Of a stretch of DNA of 64,000 nucleotides, positions 53,001-64,000 are shown in pieces (the first letter of the stretch is position 1; every line of letters starts with the position of its first letter). The notes beneath the pieces were generated by a model. The model was not told the DNA's origin. It made no database searches and saw nothing but the letters and a program-made list of their open reading frames with translations. This DNA is from Bugula neritina (Eukaryota > Animalia > Bryozoa). The DNA is taken from assembly GCA_964035545.1 (NCBI GenBank), contig OZ037768.1, positions 13,649,675-13,713,674 on the forward strand. The letters run 5' to 3'. The translations under genes were made by a program, and so were the position numbers.

Positions 53001-56000
53001 ATGTAAATATAGCCTGCTGCCTTTCACTTCGTAATCCTTGTTCTATTGGATACCTATAGGACTCCATTATTATGTAAATCATATTAAATCATAAATTATT
53101 ATTCTAAATCAACTACTTTTTAAAGAGGCAAAGTAGACTTCTCAAGACTGCCCACAGAACTTTCTGTTTATTAGCTCCTCGACTAACCAATTTTATGGTT
53201 TGAAGCTTGCTGAAGGCTTTTTACCAGCCAATTACCGCCATGTTTCTAGGTTCAAAGTTGAGCTCAAGTCTCTACTAACTGCTGCTACTAACTTGTCTAC
53301 AACCACACCCCTTCCAGAGCTTCAAGTGTTTAGAAAAACGCTTACGCATAATACTTAACACAATAGCGGTTGTAGGCTGGAAGAATTTTCTGTAACAGTA
53401 TTTCATTATTAATTTATTCTATTTAATGAAGGTTTTACTTTTAATATAGTGCAATACTGCTCTATTGTTTTGTTGGGTCAGACACCTAATGAAGATGTTC
53501 GAATACTTGATAACCACCATATAACAATATATCCCACTATATAACAATATATAACACTATATAACAATATATAACACTATATAACAATATATAACACTAT
53601 ATAACACTATAAATCACTATATAACACTATATACTGCTATATAACACTACATACCACTGTTTAACAATATATAACACTACTACAAATTGTTGCTATAATA
53701 GCATGTTATACCCTCCTTGATACCCTCTAACTGTATTTTCCTGTCTAGAGGTGGCAAGAGGTAAGCATAAGTATTGTGTATTGCTGCTGCATCAACCTCT
53801 AGATTCACAAAGTAGGTAATGCTATCTGATCGTTGTGCTGCTAACTCCACACCTCATGTGTTTGGTGTTTCAATTTGCATGCAGAATATAACATCAAGCG
53901 TTTCACTCACCACCTGGTGTATATAATGCCTTGTGCTAAATGTAATGCAGTAACCTGTTGGTGTGATTGTTTCAAGTTTCATAAACAAAACTGTACATTG
54001 CGTAGAGAATTGATAGTGTAAATCCTACTATCGCCATATTATTTTCTTCATGTTAAACCTCTGGTCTGCTACTACTTACTGCATATGCCTGTGCATATAC
54101 TAGAATTAAGTGCAAGTCACCTTGACTTGAGTACTTAGCAATGAGGTAACATGATCAATTAACTTGACTTAAAGATATCTGAATAACTTCAAACACAATC
54201 ATTATTTGAAACTAAAGTTTTTTTTCAATATTTATTGGAATTTTAATTACCCAAATTGAGTATAATAATCAGGTATATTTTCTGTGTAATAAGAAGACTT
54301 AATAGCCATTATTTACTAGGTAGTATTTGATTATAAGAACTCAATTTATACCTTTTATTTGAATAACTAATTGCAACTTCCTACAAACTATTCTTTAATA
54401 AGCATTACAACTATTCATTTGTTTATAACTTAAACTTGACCTAAATATCTGTATCCAACCCATGACTTGACTTGGCTAAAGTCAATTTAACCTAGATTTC
54501 TGTGGCTTCAAATCTGGTATATAGATTGTATATTATTATTTCAATATTTACTATTTCTCATTCATAATTTACTAATTAGATTTTGTCAACATTGTTAGCA
54601 TGTTTTCTTACTGAAAGGTGAGGGTCATGTGATGCTGTTGTGTGATGTTTTTTCTTATAACTGTAAACACCCAGCATTTTGATAGGATATCATAAAATGT
54701 ATATTTTGAAGATTTTCTTTCATTATACTTGATTTTGATACTTGATACTTGATTGTGTAAAGTTTTATCATTATTTGTTATTGATTTGATTTTAGGCTAG
54801 AGTTGGGAAAAACTGAATTGGCTGCCAAATCACAAGAGCTTGAGGTGCAGTCTTCACTGATAGCTAAGTATGAAGAGGAAATGCAGCATTTGAAGCTTCA
54901 GGTACTTCAGTCAGACATGGTTATCAATTATCATGTTATCATCCTGCATAGTGGTAGTGCATTATTTGCTGCGCATTACATAACATGACTGGTTTTATTT
55001 AACTGTCAGCATGCTAAACAATACACATATAGACACAACTTTGGAAATGTTGCCCTTTATGGAGGTAGGTGCAGTAATGAAGAAATTGAGAAAAGCCTGT
55101 GTTCTAGATTAGAAATGTAGCAAAAGAAGTTCTGTTCCCACAACAATTTTAAATTTAATAAACAAATTAAAGAACTTAGGCTATCTCAATTTTTCCACTA
55201 CCACTCCTGAATGAGCTGGAAATCAATTGCCATTATCTTGCTAAAAATCATATGTATGTTTGTATGTTCAAAATAGAATGAAATTCACAAAACATTACAG
55301 TGCTTATTTGCCATGCTAGGTAAGTTCTGCTGAGGACACCAAACAAATCAGAGAGCTCAGGCTAAAGTTATCTGAGTTAGAAGAGGAGAGAGATGGGTTG
55401 AAGAGAGAAGTGGAAGATTTGAACTTCAAGCTTGATGAGTCAGCCCAACAAACAGTGGCGACAGGTGAGACAACGAGATGGGCTATAAGAGTATTGCATA
55501 GAAATCCGTATATTACAATTATTTATCAAGATCTGTCTTTGCTTAGCAAGTGTTCAGCTATTCATTATTGAATAACGTAACTCATTATATTCATTTCTGT
55601 AATTGTTTTCTCTCTATATGTTATTTTCAAGTGTATGGCAACCGCAATTTTGTAGAAAAAACAACCACATCGTGTGTTGTTATAATATGCTAAATTTATA
55701 TTGCTTATAATAGAGTCATTATTACTTAAAGTTTAAATATTTGAACTATTTTTAATGTAGAATGAGTTGTCTATAAGCTAACCAATTGGCTCTTGTGTTG
55801 AAGATTGGTCTGGTAGCGCAATAGATAATATTGTTATCCTGTAGCATGTTATATATTACTTTAATAATTAAAGTTATGTAGTCTATGCAGTGGCAGCTGG
55901 TGCAGGGGACGCTACAAACTCAAGTGATCAATATCAAATTGATTTCCTAAACTCGGTTATAGCTGATCAAAAGCATAAGATTGATGAATTAAATCAGAAA

Positions 56001-58252
56001 ATAAAGGTGCTTGCTGAAGTCGGAGATGCCGGACATAATGGTTATGAGTTTGATTTCAGGTTTGCTACTTGGCTACTTTAATATTATTGTTTTGAGTAAT
56101 GACTGAATTACTCATTACATTCTTGTTTGACTCATCATGATGAGACTGATTTTGTTTATAAATACATTATTCATCATCTATCTTGAAGGACTAAAACACA
56201 CCTATACATTTCTTATAATAGTTAAAATACACAATTAGTGTTGCATGCTTTATATACACACATTTTGCATACATCTAAAAATCCAGAAATAATTTGTACT
56301 GGCATCACCTTGTATTTCTGGATCATGTTTGGGATGTTGCTATTACTGTTATGTATTTTGCTGAATGTACATACATAATCATATGATTATCATACTCTAT
56401 ATTTATGTGTACCTGTGGTTGGTCAATTTGCTATTCATACGTCAGTTCTGAGTTCATTTAATTAGAATACCTTTAATGAGGCTAATCGTCAGCATTCAGC
56501 ACTTATATTTAGTCCACACACTCTGCTGCCATCCATTACTATATGATGAGTCATTATGTTGTGATGCTCTGTAAAGGTATTGATAGACTGGTGTAAGGTG
56601 AATTGAATATATACGTATACATACATGTAGGTGCATATACATACATACATACATAGACAGACAGACAGGCATATATATATATATATAGACAGATAAATAG
56701 ACATATAAATAATCAGATAGATGTATAGATAACTGTTTTATATCATGGTATTTGCCCATCAAGTTACTAGTACAGGCAAACAATTTAAAAAATAAACATT
56801 ACGGTAATATTGTTCAACTCACTTTGTAATAGTTACATCAGTGTCTTGGGTTCTCGTATATTGAATGAGATATGAATATTTAGTTATGTTCTTTCAGTGC
56901 TGATCTTACCGAGGAGTCGACAAAGCCTCCCCCGCGTCTCTTCTGCGACATCTGTGATATATTTGATGCTCACGACACAGACGACTGTCCTATCCAGTCG
57001 CAGGATGATGACGGCCCCGCCCCTTCACAACATCACTTAGAAAGAGGCAGCAGTAGAGCTTATTGTGATACGTGTGAAGGTAACCTTACAGCTTACTGGA
57101 TACACATGTACCACTATGCATTGTTTGCTATACACTGTAATATGTGACTACCAACTGTATACACGTTCGCTACAGAACTTTTAAGAGCAGTGGGTGCACA
57201 GTTCTATGCTTGCTTGTGGTAAACTTGATGCAACAAAGCATTTACTCGTATATATGGTATAAAACAGATATAATTTATAACAGAGAGGACATTATATAGC
57301 GTGTAGATAACAGATATAATGATGTATAACATATATAATATTTTGACATAGTTTGTAGTATATATTAGAAAGTATCATGGCCTAATTTTTAGCTAATAGT
57401 CAATAATAACTCTTTTGCTTTAATAAAAGCTTAGCTAATGCATATTATAGTACATCTCTTTAACTAAAATTTAGTTGGTATTGTCAGTTATAGGTTACTC
57501 TGGTGCAGTTGTGTTACTCTAGTGTAGTAGTGTAGTGTAATTTGTATTTGGTGCTAAACTTGACATGCACATCTTCCCACACACTTGCTATGTGGACAAC
57601 CCTAAGTATAGGTCTGCTGGGCTGAATTGCTAGCCGGAACTGGTACTGCTGTTGATGGCAGATATAGGTATTCGAGTTTGTAACATCAGTCTGATGGCAA
57701 TTTGTTGAAGGCAATTAATTCTTCTGCCAACTGCTGTCTAAGGTTTTGATTAATGCAGGCATAACTTATGGATACCAGCAACATTTGTGTTCTTAACAGA
57801 TGTTGCTGGGAGATTATTGGGCAACATGCATGGTGTGCTTGGAGGAATGGTATAATAATATAATGGCCTACAGGGCCTACTTGCATTTTGAAAAAATTAG
57901 CTAGGGATTAGAGAGGTCCCACTTTAACTTGTAATTTCAACTGTTTACACTGGATCTTGTAATGTGATCAGTTACTGGTGTAGCAAAAGCCATTCTTTCT
58001 ATTAAAGGGTTGGGGGTTATATCTTTGCAGTAGCTAAGCTGTCTAGTTCTGGCCTATAATGGTTCAATAATACTTTTATTTATCTCCTTATATGCACATG
58101 TCATTGTATACTAAGCAAGTGTCAGTATTTCAGATAGTGATAGTCTTGCAAAATAGTAATGTTATTTAGAAACTTTGCGTGTTAACTTGTCTTTGTTAAC
58201 CGCAGTGTTTGGACACAGTACAGAAGAGTGTGAGGAGCCCGAAGAATGGTAG
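38082..58252 (+). CDS. CLIP1: CAP-Gly domain-containing linker protein (CLIP-170/CLIP-190), 40 or more exons
   Basis: N-terminus [17 protein letters not shown]; two CAP-Gly domains with GKNDG; [20 protein letters not shown]; [12 protein letters not shown]; long coiled coil; zinc knuckles [19 protein letters not shown] and [15 protein letters not shown]; stop TAG at 58250-58252. Confidence 0.95.
41423..41443 (+). CDS. CLIP1: CLIP1 21-nt microexon (EANKALE)
   Basis: ttacAG|GAGGCTAACAAAGCTCTGGAG|GTat; phase 0-0 matches the neighbouring exons. Confidence 0.7.
42241..42252 (+). CDS. CLIP1: CLIP1 12-nt microexon
   Basis: Polypyrimidine tract, tAG|TCAATATGAACG|GTAAGT, phase 2-2 and in frame. Confidence 0.7.
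44280..44580 (+). mobile_element. Possible very old LINE 3'-end remnant
   Basis: Weak similarity only (KYRNDFF followed by shifted-frame STN, reminiscent of CR1-type FFPRTI ends). Confidence 0.25.
49801..49965. repeat. Degenerate (TATCA)n pentanucleotide microsatellite
   Basis: atcatatcatcctgtatcatatactatatcatatcatc...; ends just before an acceptor site. Confidence 0.85.
53519..53680. repeat. 10-bp minisatellite (ATAACACTAT/ATAACAATAT)n, about 16 copies
   Basis: Directly visible tandem decamers. Confidence 0.92.
53749..53760 (+). CDS. CLIP1: CLIP1 12-nt microexon (adds GGKR)
   Basis: Branch point CTAAC, pyrimidine tract, ctAG|AGGTGGCAAGAG|GTAAGC; phase 2-2 and in frame with exons 52788-52911 and 54796-54901. 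Confidence 0.72.
54101..54516. mobile_element. Old hAT-like MITE
   Basis: Degenerate TIR (TAGAATTAAG vs CAGATTTGAAG), imperfect 8-bp flanks GCATATAC and GTATATAG, internal GACTTGA repeats. Confidence 0.45.
56611..56730. repeat. Compound microsatellite (TACA)n(GACA)n(TA)n(GATA)n
   Basis: Directly visible. Confidence 0.85.
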
Positions 58253-59247
58253 TCTCCACCCCTTTTCCACTTCCTAATCTTCCTACTCTACTCTTGCCTC
58301 TGGCAGCATGGTGTAATGTTGCTGCTACTGTTTTTTACTGAGCAGAGGTCGTCAAAGCTATATATCATCATTATTTCTATTTCATGTTGTGCTCTTTGTG
58401 TGCTGAAAGTCAGTTTTGTTTAAATTTATTTACAAATTGTTACCAACATAGGTTTTGGGTGTTTATCAAAATTATTTCAAATATCGGATCATATAAATGG
58501 TATCAAGATATTTTATATCACTTAAATTTAGCTTAAATATTTTCCTTGTTTTAGTTGCCATACCTTGCTGATTAGTTCTAGCAATGATGTTTATGCTTTT
58601 TGGGTTTGAAACAGTTTTTGTCAGCAATACTCTCTAGTACTTATTAGAAAATGGTTGCTCGTATTGTTCAAAGTTATTTATTTTTGACATTTTTGCAATA
58701 TAAAACATATGATTTGCTAAAGTGTGTTTTTTTATTGTTTAATTTAATTTAGATATGATAGGCATACAAATAATTTAGAAATGTAGCATATGAATCATTA
58801 ATAATTAGCTTTCATGAATACAAATGAATAAATGTACTCAGTGCATATGGCATAATAAAGAGTGTAATTAGCAAATACAGATCAAACACATAACAGATTC
58901 ACACATAACAGATTCACACCTACAAATATTAAAGGGATAGCAAAGTTTATTCTAAGTAACATAGCATAATGTACTATTTTTAGATAATAATAAATGTTTG
59001 TTCTTCTTAAATGTGTTGTCGTGTAAAAACAGTTTTAGCTTAAGATCCACCACTGCTCTGTGAAAAGGTGACCTTTAAGGTGGATATTTTGTCATCTTAT
59101 AATGTAGCATTCTGCTTTGTTTAGTGGGAACCCCTATGCACTCTCAAATTAAACTTGCTCAATGTAAGGTCTATGAAACAAATATATGGCATTTGATTGT
59201 AATGTTCAAAAACTATAAAACTCGGCATGCAACTACATATTTGCCCA

Positions 59248-62200
59248 CTAATCCTCCTCTTCATAGCTGTGAGAGGAATACTGAATTCTCCGGTTTTGTC
59301 GCTCAATTACTGCCTCGCTTTCAACCGCCTTTTCTCGCTCTCGACGTCTGCGCCGGCGACGAGCAACAGCAGAGTTTTCTTCCTCCTCATTTTTGGCGCT
59401 CAGTTGATTATCACATCCATTAACTTGCTTCACTTCTGTCTGAGATTCACTGTCACAGCGTAGAGATACGAGAGTGTTAGTAGCAGCATCTGCGCATTTC
59501 ACCAACTCAGTTTGAGTGGCTGCTGTGTCAAAGCAATCTGATGGATCAAAATATTCGTCGGATTCAGTCGTTTGCTGGCTGACCCTGTGTCTGGCCTGAG
59601 AAAGCAGAGGCCTGTCAGAATCGTGGATATACCCCATGTCTAGCATCCCTGGTACAAAATGTATTACTTTACGTGCTGACTTAGGTAATTCCTTTGACGC
59701 AGAGCGACTAAACGATTGAAGCTTGTCTTGTATTTCTTTCTGTAAAAGCAATAACTCCATATCTTTCCCTTTGACAATCATGTCAGTAATTTGAACTGTA
59801 CTCTTCAAAGTATCTATATCTCTTTGCATTTCATCTTTCTTTTCAATCAACTCCATCACTTCAACTCCATACAAGTTATGTATTTCTTCAATTAAAATTT
59901 TTTCTCTGAAAATGTGAAAATAGATATAAGCTAACACTTCCAGCATTACATAAATTACAATAACAAAAACTGGTCAGAATGTCATTCATGCAAATAAGTA
60001 TCTCTAATTGAAAATATGAGCAGCTTAGATACGTGCCCGGTAAAAATGGCACAGGTAATAATGGCACAAGTGGCAAAGTAGGTAAAAATGGCACATTTTC
60101 AATATTAGGGTTTAGGTTGGGGGTTTGGAATGGGGGGGTTTGGGGATGGGGGTTTGAGTTTGGGGTTAGAGTTTAAGGGTTGGAGGTTTTGGTTTGGGGT
60201 TCAGGAAAATTTAACATCACTATTTGCCATTTTTATCTACTTTCCATTTGTGCCCTTATTACCTGTACCATTATTACCTGTACCATTTTTACCTGTGTCA
60301 TTTTTACCTAAAATTGATTAGATACATGAAGTTATATACATCATCACACAGCATCACAAATATAATATTGTTTTGTGCACTTATCTCCTACCTGTTTCGT
60401 ATGTCAGATATCATGTCAATAGATATATCTCGAATTTGTTTTTCAGCTTGTTTGATGCAGTTCTCACACTGCTGAAGAGTGTCGATTTGATTTTCAAATT
60501 TCTCCAAATTGCTCTGACAGTCTTTCATTAGGTTCTCCACATTAGATTTGTATTTAGTGACAGCATCACTGAACTGAGCCACCTCATGCTCTTTGTGATC
60601 ATTGAACGTGCAAATAATGCAGACTGGAGCCTCACAAGTCTCGCAGTAAAACCGAATTACTTCTTCTGGATGCTCTTTACACTCTATATCCTTTTCTATT
60701 TCGATATCAAATATGTTGTGATTCCTAGTCACCTGCAATCAATAGAGATTCTAGTTACAGCTTGTAATCTTTACAACTTTGGCTATTAAAAGGAGTGAAG
60801 AGGGTAGATATTGGCAACTATATTGTCAAATATTTCGGATTTTAAGACTAACTGTGACAAATCTCCATTCATGCTGTCATTTTAAGTAGTTTCTATTATT
60901 ATAATACACAATATTATTGAGTGCATTAGAATAATGTTTGTATTTAGGCTAAGCATTTTGGTTTAGCTTGAAAACAGGCGATTTTTAAGAAAAAGAAATT
61001 AAAAAAATGCAAAGAAATTTTGGTGCAAAAAACATGAAATATAAAATACTGAAGTTGTAAAACATGGCTCTGCATCAACAACAATTTCAAGACTTTCAAA
61101 CTTTTTTGTTTACGCTACAGAGTGGTATTGGATTTAAATTTAAATGTTGACAAGGTTGTTTGCAGTTGTATACCTTGTTGTTTACCTGCTCACCTATATA
61201 GCCAACATTTCAGATCTGTCCGCTAAAACATGGCTATTAGTTTCTTCTGTGTAGTATGTTGCTGTTTTTCAATACTATTCACATTATTTTATTTATATGG
61301 AATGTGTAATTAGTCTGAACCTGTAATCTACACTTTAATAATGTTCAAGGTATTAAGTGTTTAAAATATTTTTAGTTTATGATAAATTAGATTGGGATGA
61401 AAGCCTATATACAGCATAATGCAAGGCAACTTCATATGTTGTGGTGTTGAAGCAAAACTTTTAAGCACATTTTGATATATGTATGCAGTTTCACTTCTGT
61501 TGACTCTGAAATGTGAACTATTTATAAATAAGTCATCCCAGTGGTATTGTTGTATAAACATACCCATTACTAAATATTGAGCTTATCAATAGTCAACGAG
61601 ATTGATCGGCTTATATATATTTTACTAGTTAGATAGATGTTTTATTAGACTGCAAATTTTCTTAATTTATACCACCTTTGGTACTACCAACACTGCAGAA
61701 AGTTATTCTAGCCTATTAAAATAAAATAGCCTGACTGCAGTTTATTATTATAAATAATTGCAACTAGCTGAAATCAGATGCAGTTTTACAATTTCTGATG
61801 TCATAACTCGTATCATCATTAAATGATTACAGTGATCTTAAAGAACAGTTGAATATATTGATTCAGTTTCAATCAGCCGATGCAGTGCAGCATATACACA
61901 ACCAAATGATAATTGCTTTATACAAACACCACCTGGTCCCTATGCCGGTGTAGACTATATCTAAAGAAACTGCTAAACTATTTATACATTATTAAACCTA
62001 CAGCATTGTTTTAGCTGTAGACCATAATGAAATTTTGATCCTAACAATGAGTGGTAATTGATAATGGATCTATAAAGGTTACTGCTAATCATAACGTGTA
62101 AGTAACATGAGCCCATAACACTTACAGCACCAGATAAATATTTCCTATGCTGCTGTGCTATTCATTTAGCACATTAATGTAAAGCATTGGTGAAGCAACT

Positions 62201-63610
62201 TATGAGCCAACATATTTCGTGTTTACTTTGCTCATCCCAAGACTTTTGTTGCATTGGACGCTCATTTTTTACTAAAGTAATATTTTGCTACATCCATTTT
62301 ACTATGTAATTAATAAAAAAATCTTTTTCCACTATACACTTCCCAAGCTAGTCAAACTTAAAATATAAATAGCTCACTCATCATTACGCAAGGTCGTCTC
62401 TCTATACTTCCAACGGTTATGTAATAATATATACATACATAAGTATCCAGAAAAGTATTTAAAATAGTATAACCTAGTTCGAAAAATACATGAAATACAT
62501 TTCATTACAATACACTACTGCATTAGGTTTACGTACTTCAGGTATAGCACAAGCCTAATCTTGTGAATTATTACCAAATAAATGGTTTATCTGTTAATTG
62601 AACTTCTTTAGTATTTATTGACAAATATTTTGAGAAGCAACAGCAGAAATACGAGCATAATAAAATAACTCAAAATTTAAACTTTAATTTCAGATTTCAA
62701 TTAAAACTTAGCATTATTTATTGTAGAATTTAATAAGTGAGTAATAGTGGTTGTACTAACCTTTGTTTCATTGTGTTGGTCTACACAATTTTTACACAAA
62801 AGTTTGTTGCAATCTAGACACTTAGCGCTAGCTTCTCTGTGTCTTTTGTTGACCAGCTTGCAGAAATCACAGACTTGAAACTTTGATGGTTTCTGTCGAT
62901 CAATCACCTCATTCAAGCTTGAAACAAGAAAGTTGTCTGGCAACTTTTTGACACCACCTAGTGGCAAGCTCGTTCTCTTGCGACACAGCGGGCAGGTAAA
63001 CTCTCGATAGTCGCTATACTTCTTATACGATCCCTCAGAGTTTGCATGATTCTCAATGCACTCTTCACAAAATGTATGCAGACAGTCCAAACTCTTGGGG
63101 TTGGTAAATCCCTCCAGACAAATCTTGCAGGTTAAAAACTCATCATGAATTTGTTGAGCTAATACACCACTTTTCGAGCTGGCTGGCATTGTTACTGTTG
63201 AAATAGAAGCGTTTTCGGTTTCTGACTTCTCCGGAGCTGGGGACTTTGAGTGCCTACTCTTAGACCGTCTTAATCTAGATTCCCGTGTATCATCTGCTTC
63301 TAGTCGTGTTCTTCCTTGCCTGCAGCGATATTAAATTGTAACTCCACTTTACAATCCTGGTTTTGCATGAAATTTTAAAAGTAATTTAAGTTGTAGCTGG
63401 CTCAAACATATAGTAGTAATTGCCGTAATCTAAATTATTCTGACTCAGTTTTAATTATGAAAAACATGGCTGGCTAGCTTTTTGTAATATAAGGTCACAT
63501 TTAGCTTGTAAGAAAATAAAAAATATCAACATAATAATATTAGTATTTAGTGCTATTAGGGTATGCATGTAATATATTTTTAGACTGATCTTAATAACTT
63601 ACCTTGACAT
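59248..63610 (-). CDS. TRIM E3 ligase (RING, B-box1, B-box2, coiled coil), N-terminus TRIM45/56/2/3-like; exons 63610-63603 (tentative), 63319-62761, 60732-60392, 59905-59248
   Basis: RING CKIC...CLHTFCEEC...CPLC, LPDNFL, B-box1 CDFC...CLDC...C..C...H, B-box2 CKEH...FYCETC..PVCIIC...H..H, then coiled coil. The frame stays open upstream of 63189 to an acceptor, and ATG TCA AG|GTAAGT supplies an in-phase start. Confidence 0.85.
60033..60317. mobile_element. MITE with repeated inverted subterminal motifs and a G-rich, telomere-like core
   Basis: GGTAAAAATGGCACA-type motif x3 on the left and about x5 inverted on the right; 8-bp direct repeat TTAGATAC at 60025-60032 and 60318-60325. Confidence 0.8.
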
Positions 63611-64000
63611 AATACCTCAAAACAAAATTTATTTATATAATTAACAAGCTTGAGATACCAGTTATGTAGAAAACAAACTATTTTCGAAAAAAGCCTACAT
63701 GTTTACAGCTGAATGGTACTACAGTTTTTGCTATGCAGTGATAAATGAAGCAACTGATTCCATAAGCATAGTGAGTTACTAATTAATTGCTGTAAAGAGT
63801 AACATTAGAGATCATTATTCTATAGCCAAAGGCCATTTCCATAAAGGCATACAGGTACTCATATAATACAATAGTACTATATTAATTGGCTAATGAGATA
63901 ATTTCCACAAATAGATTTTTGCTTCATTTTGGTTTTGTCTTGTTTTTCTGTCTGCTTTACAATTATAGAAAAAAAAATCAACTTTTCTACTGTGATTAAT

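Noticed and set aside
53519-53680. Regularly spaced repeats as a possible CRISPR-like array
   Set aside because: Contiguous decamers without unique spacers, in a eukaryotic intron.
57570-57900. More GC-balanced intronic block with a CGKMC-like remnant on the minus strand
   Set aside because: Possibly an old RTE-type LINE fragment, but too degenerate to call.
60104-60200. Interstitial telomere or chromosome fusion site
   Set aside because: Only one exact TTAGGG; the tract is enclosed in a MITE with direct-repeat flanks.

Overview
AT-rich, intron-containing animal (invertebrate-like) nuclear DNA with six spliced protein-coding genes: MAP3K20/ZAK-like kinase (5' part only, -), an MPP2/6-like p55 MAGUK (+), MRPL2 (+), SPG7/paraplegin (-), CLIP1/CLIP-170 (+) and a RING-B-box-B-box-coiled-coil TRIM (-). 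Mobile DNA includes a full-length but decayed Mag-like Ty3/gypsy LTR element in an SPG7 intron, a 3.2 kb palindromic Sola2-like element, a decayed LINE and several MITEs. Most notable observations: (1) strand-symmetric (ANT)n, AGT/ACT-rich islands occur only around gene 5' ends; (2) a shared palindrome lies in two promoter regions; (3) CLIP1 carries an exact 264-aa exon-block triplication with one precise intron loss, in-frame microexons and an EEW C-terminus; (4) both arms of the palindromic transposon carry the same transposase fragment; (5) the TRIM tail has tandem LC8-type motifs in place of an NHL domain. Gene models and alignments were made by eye, family assignments come from remembered sequences, and no database search was run.
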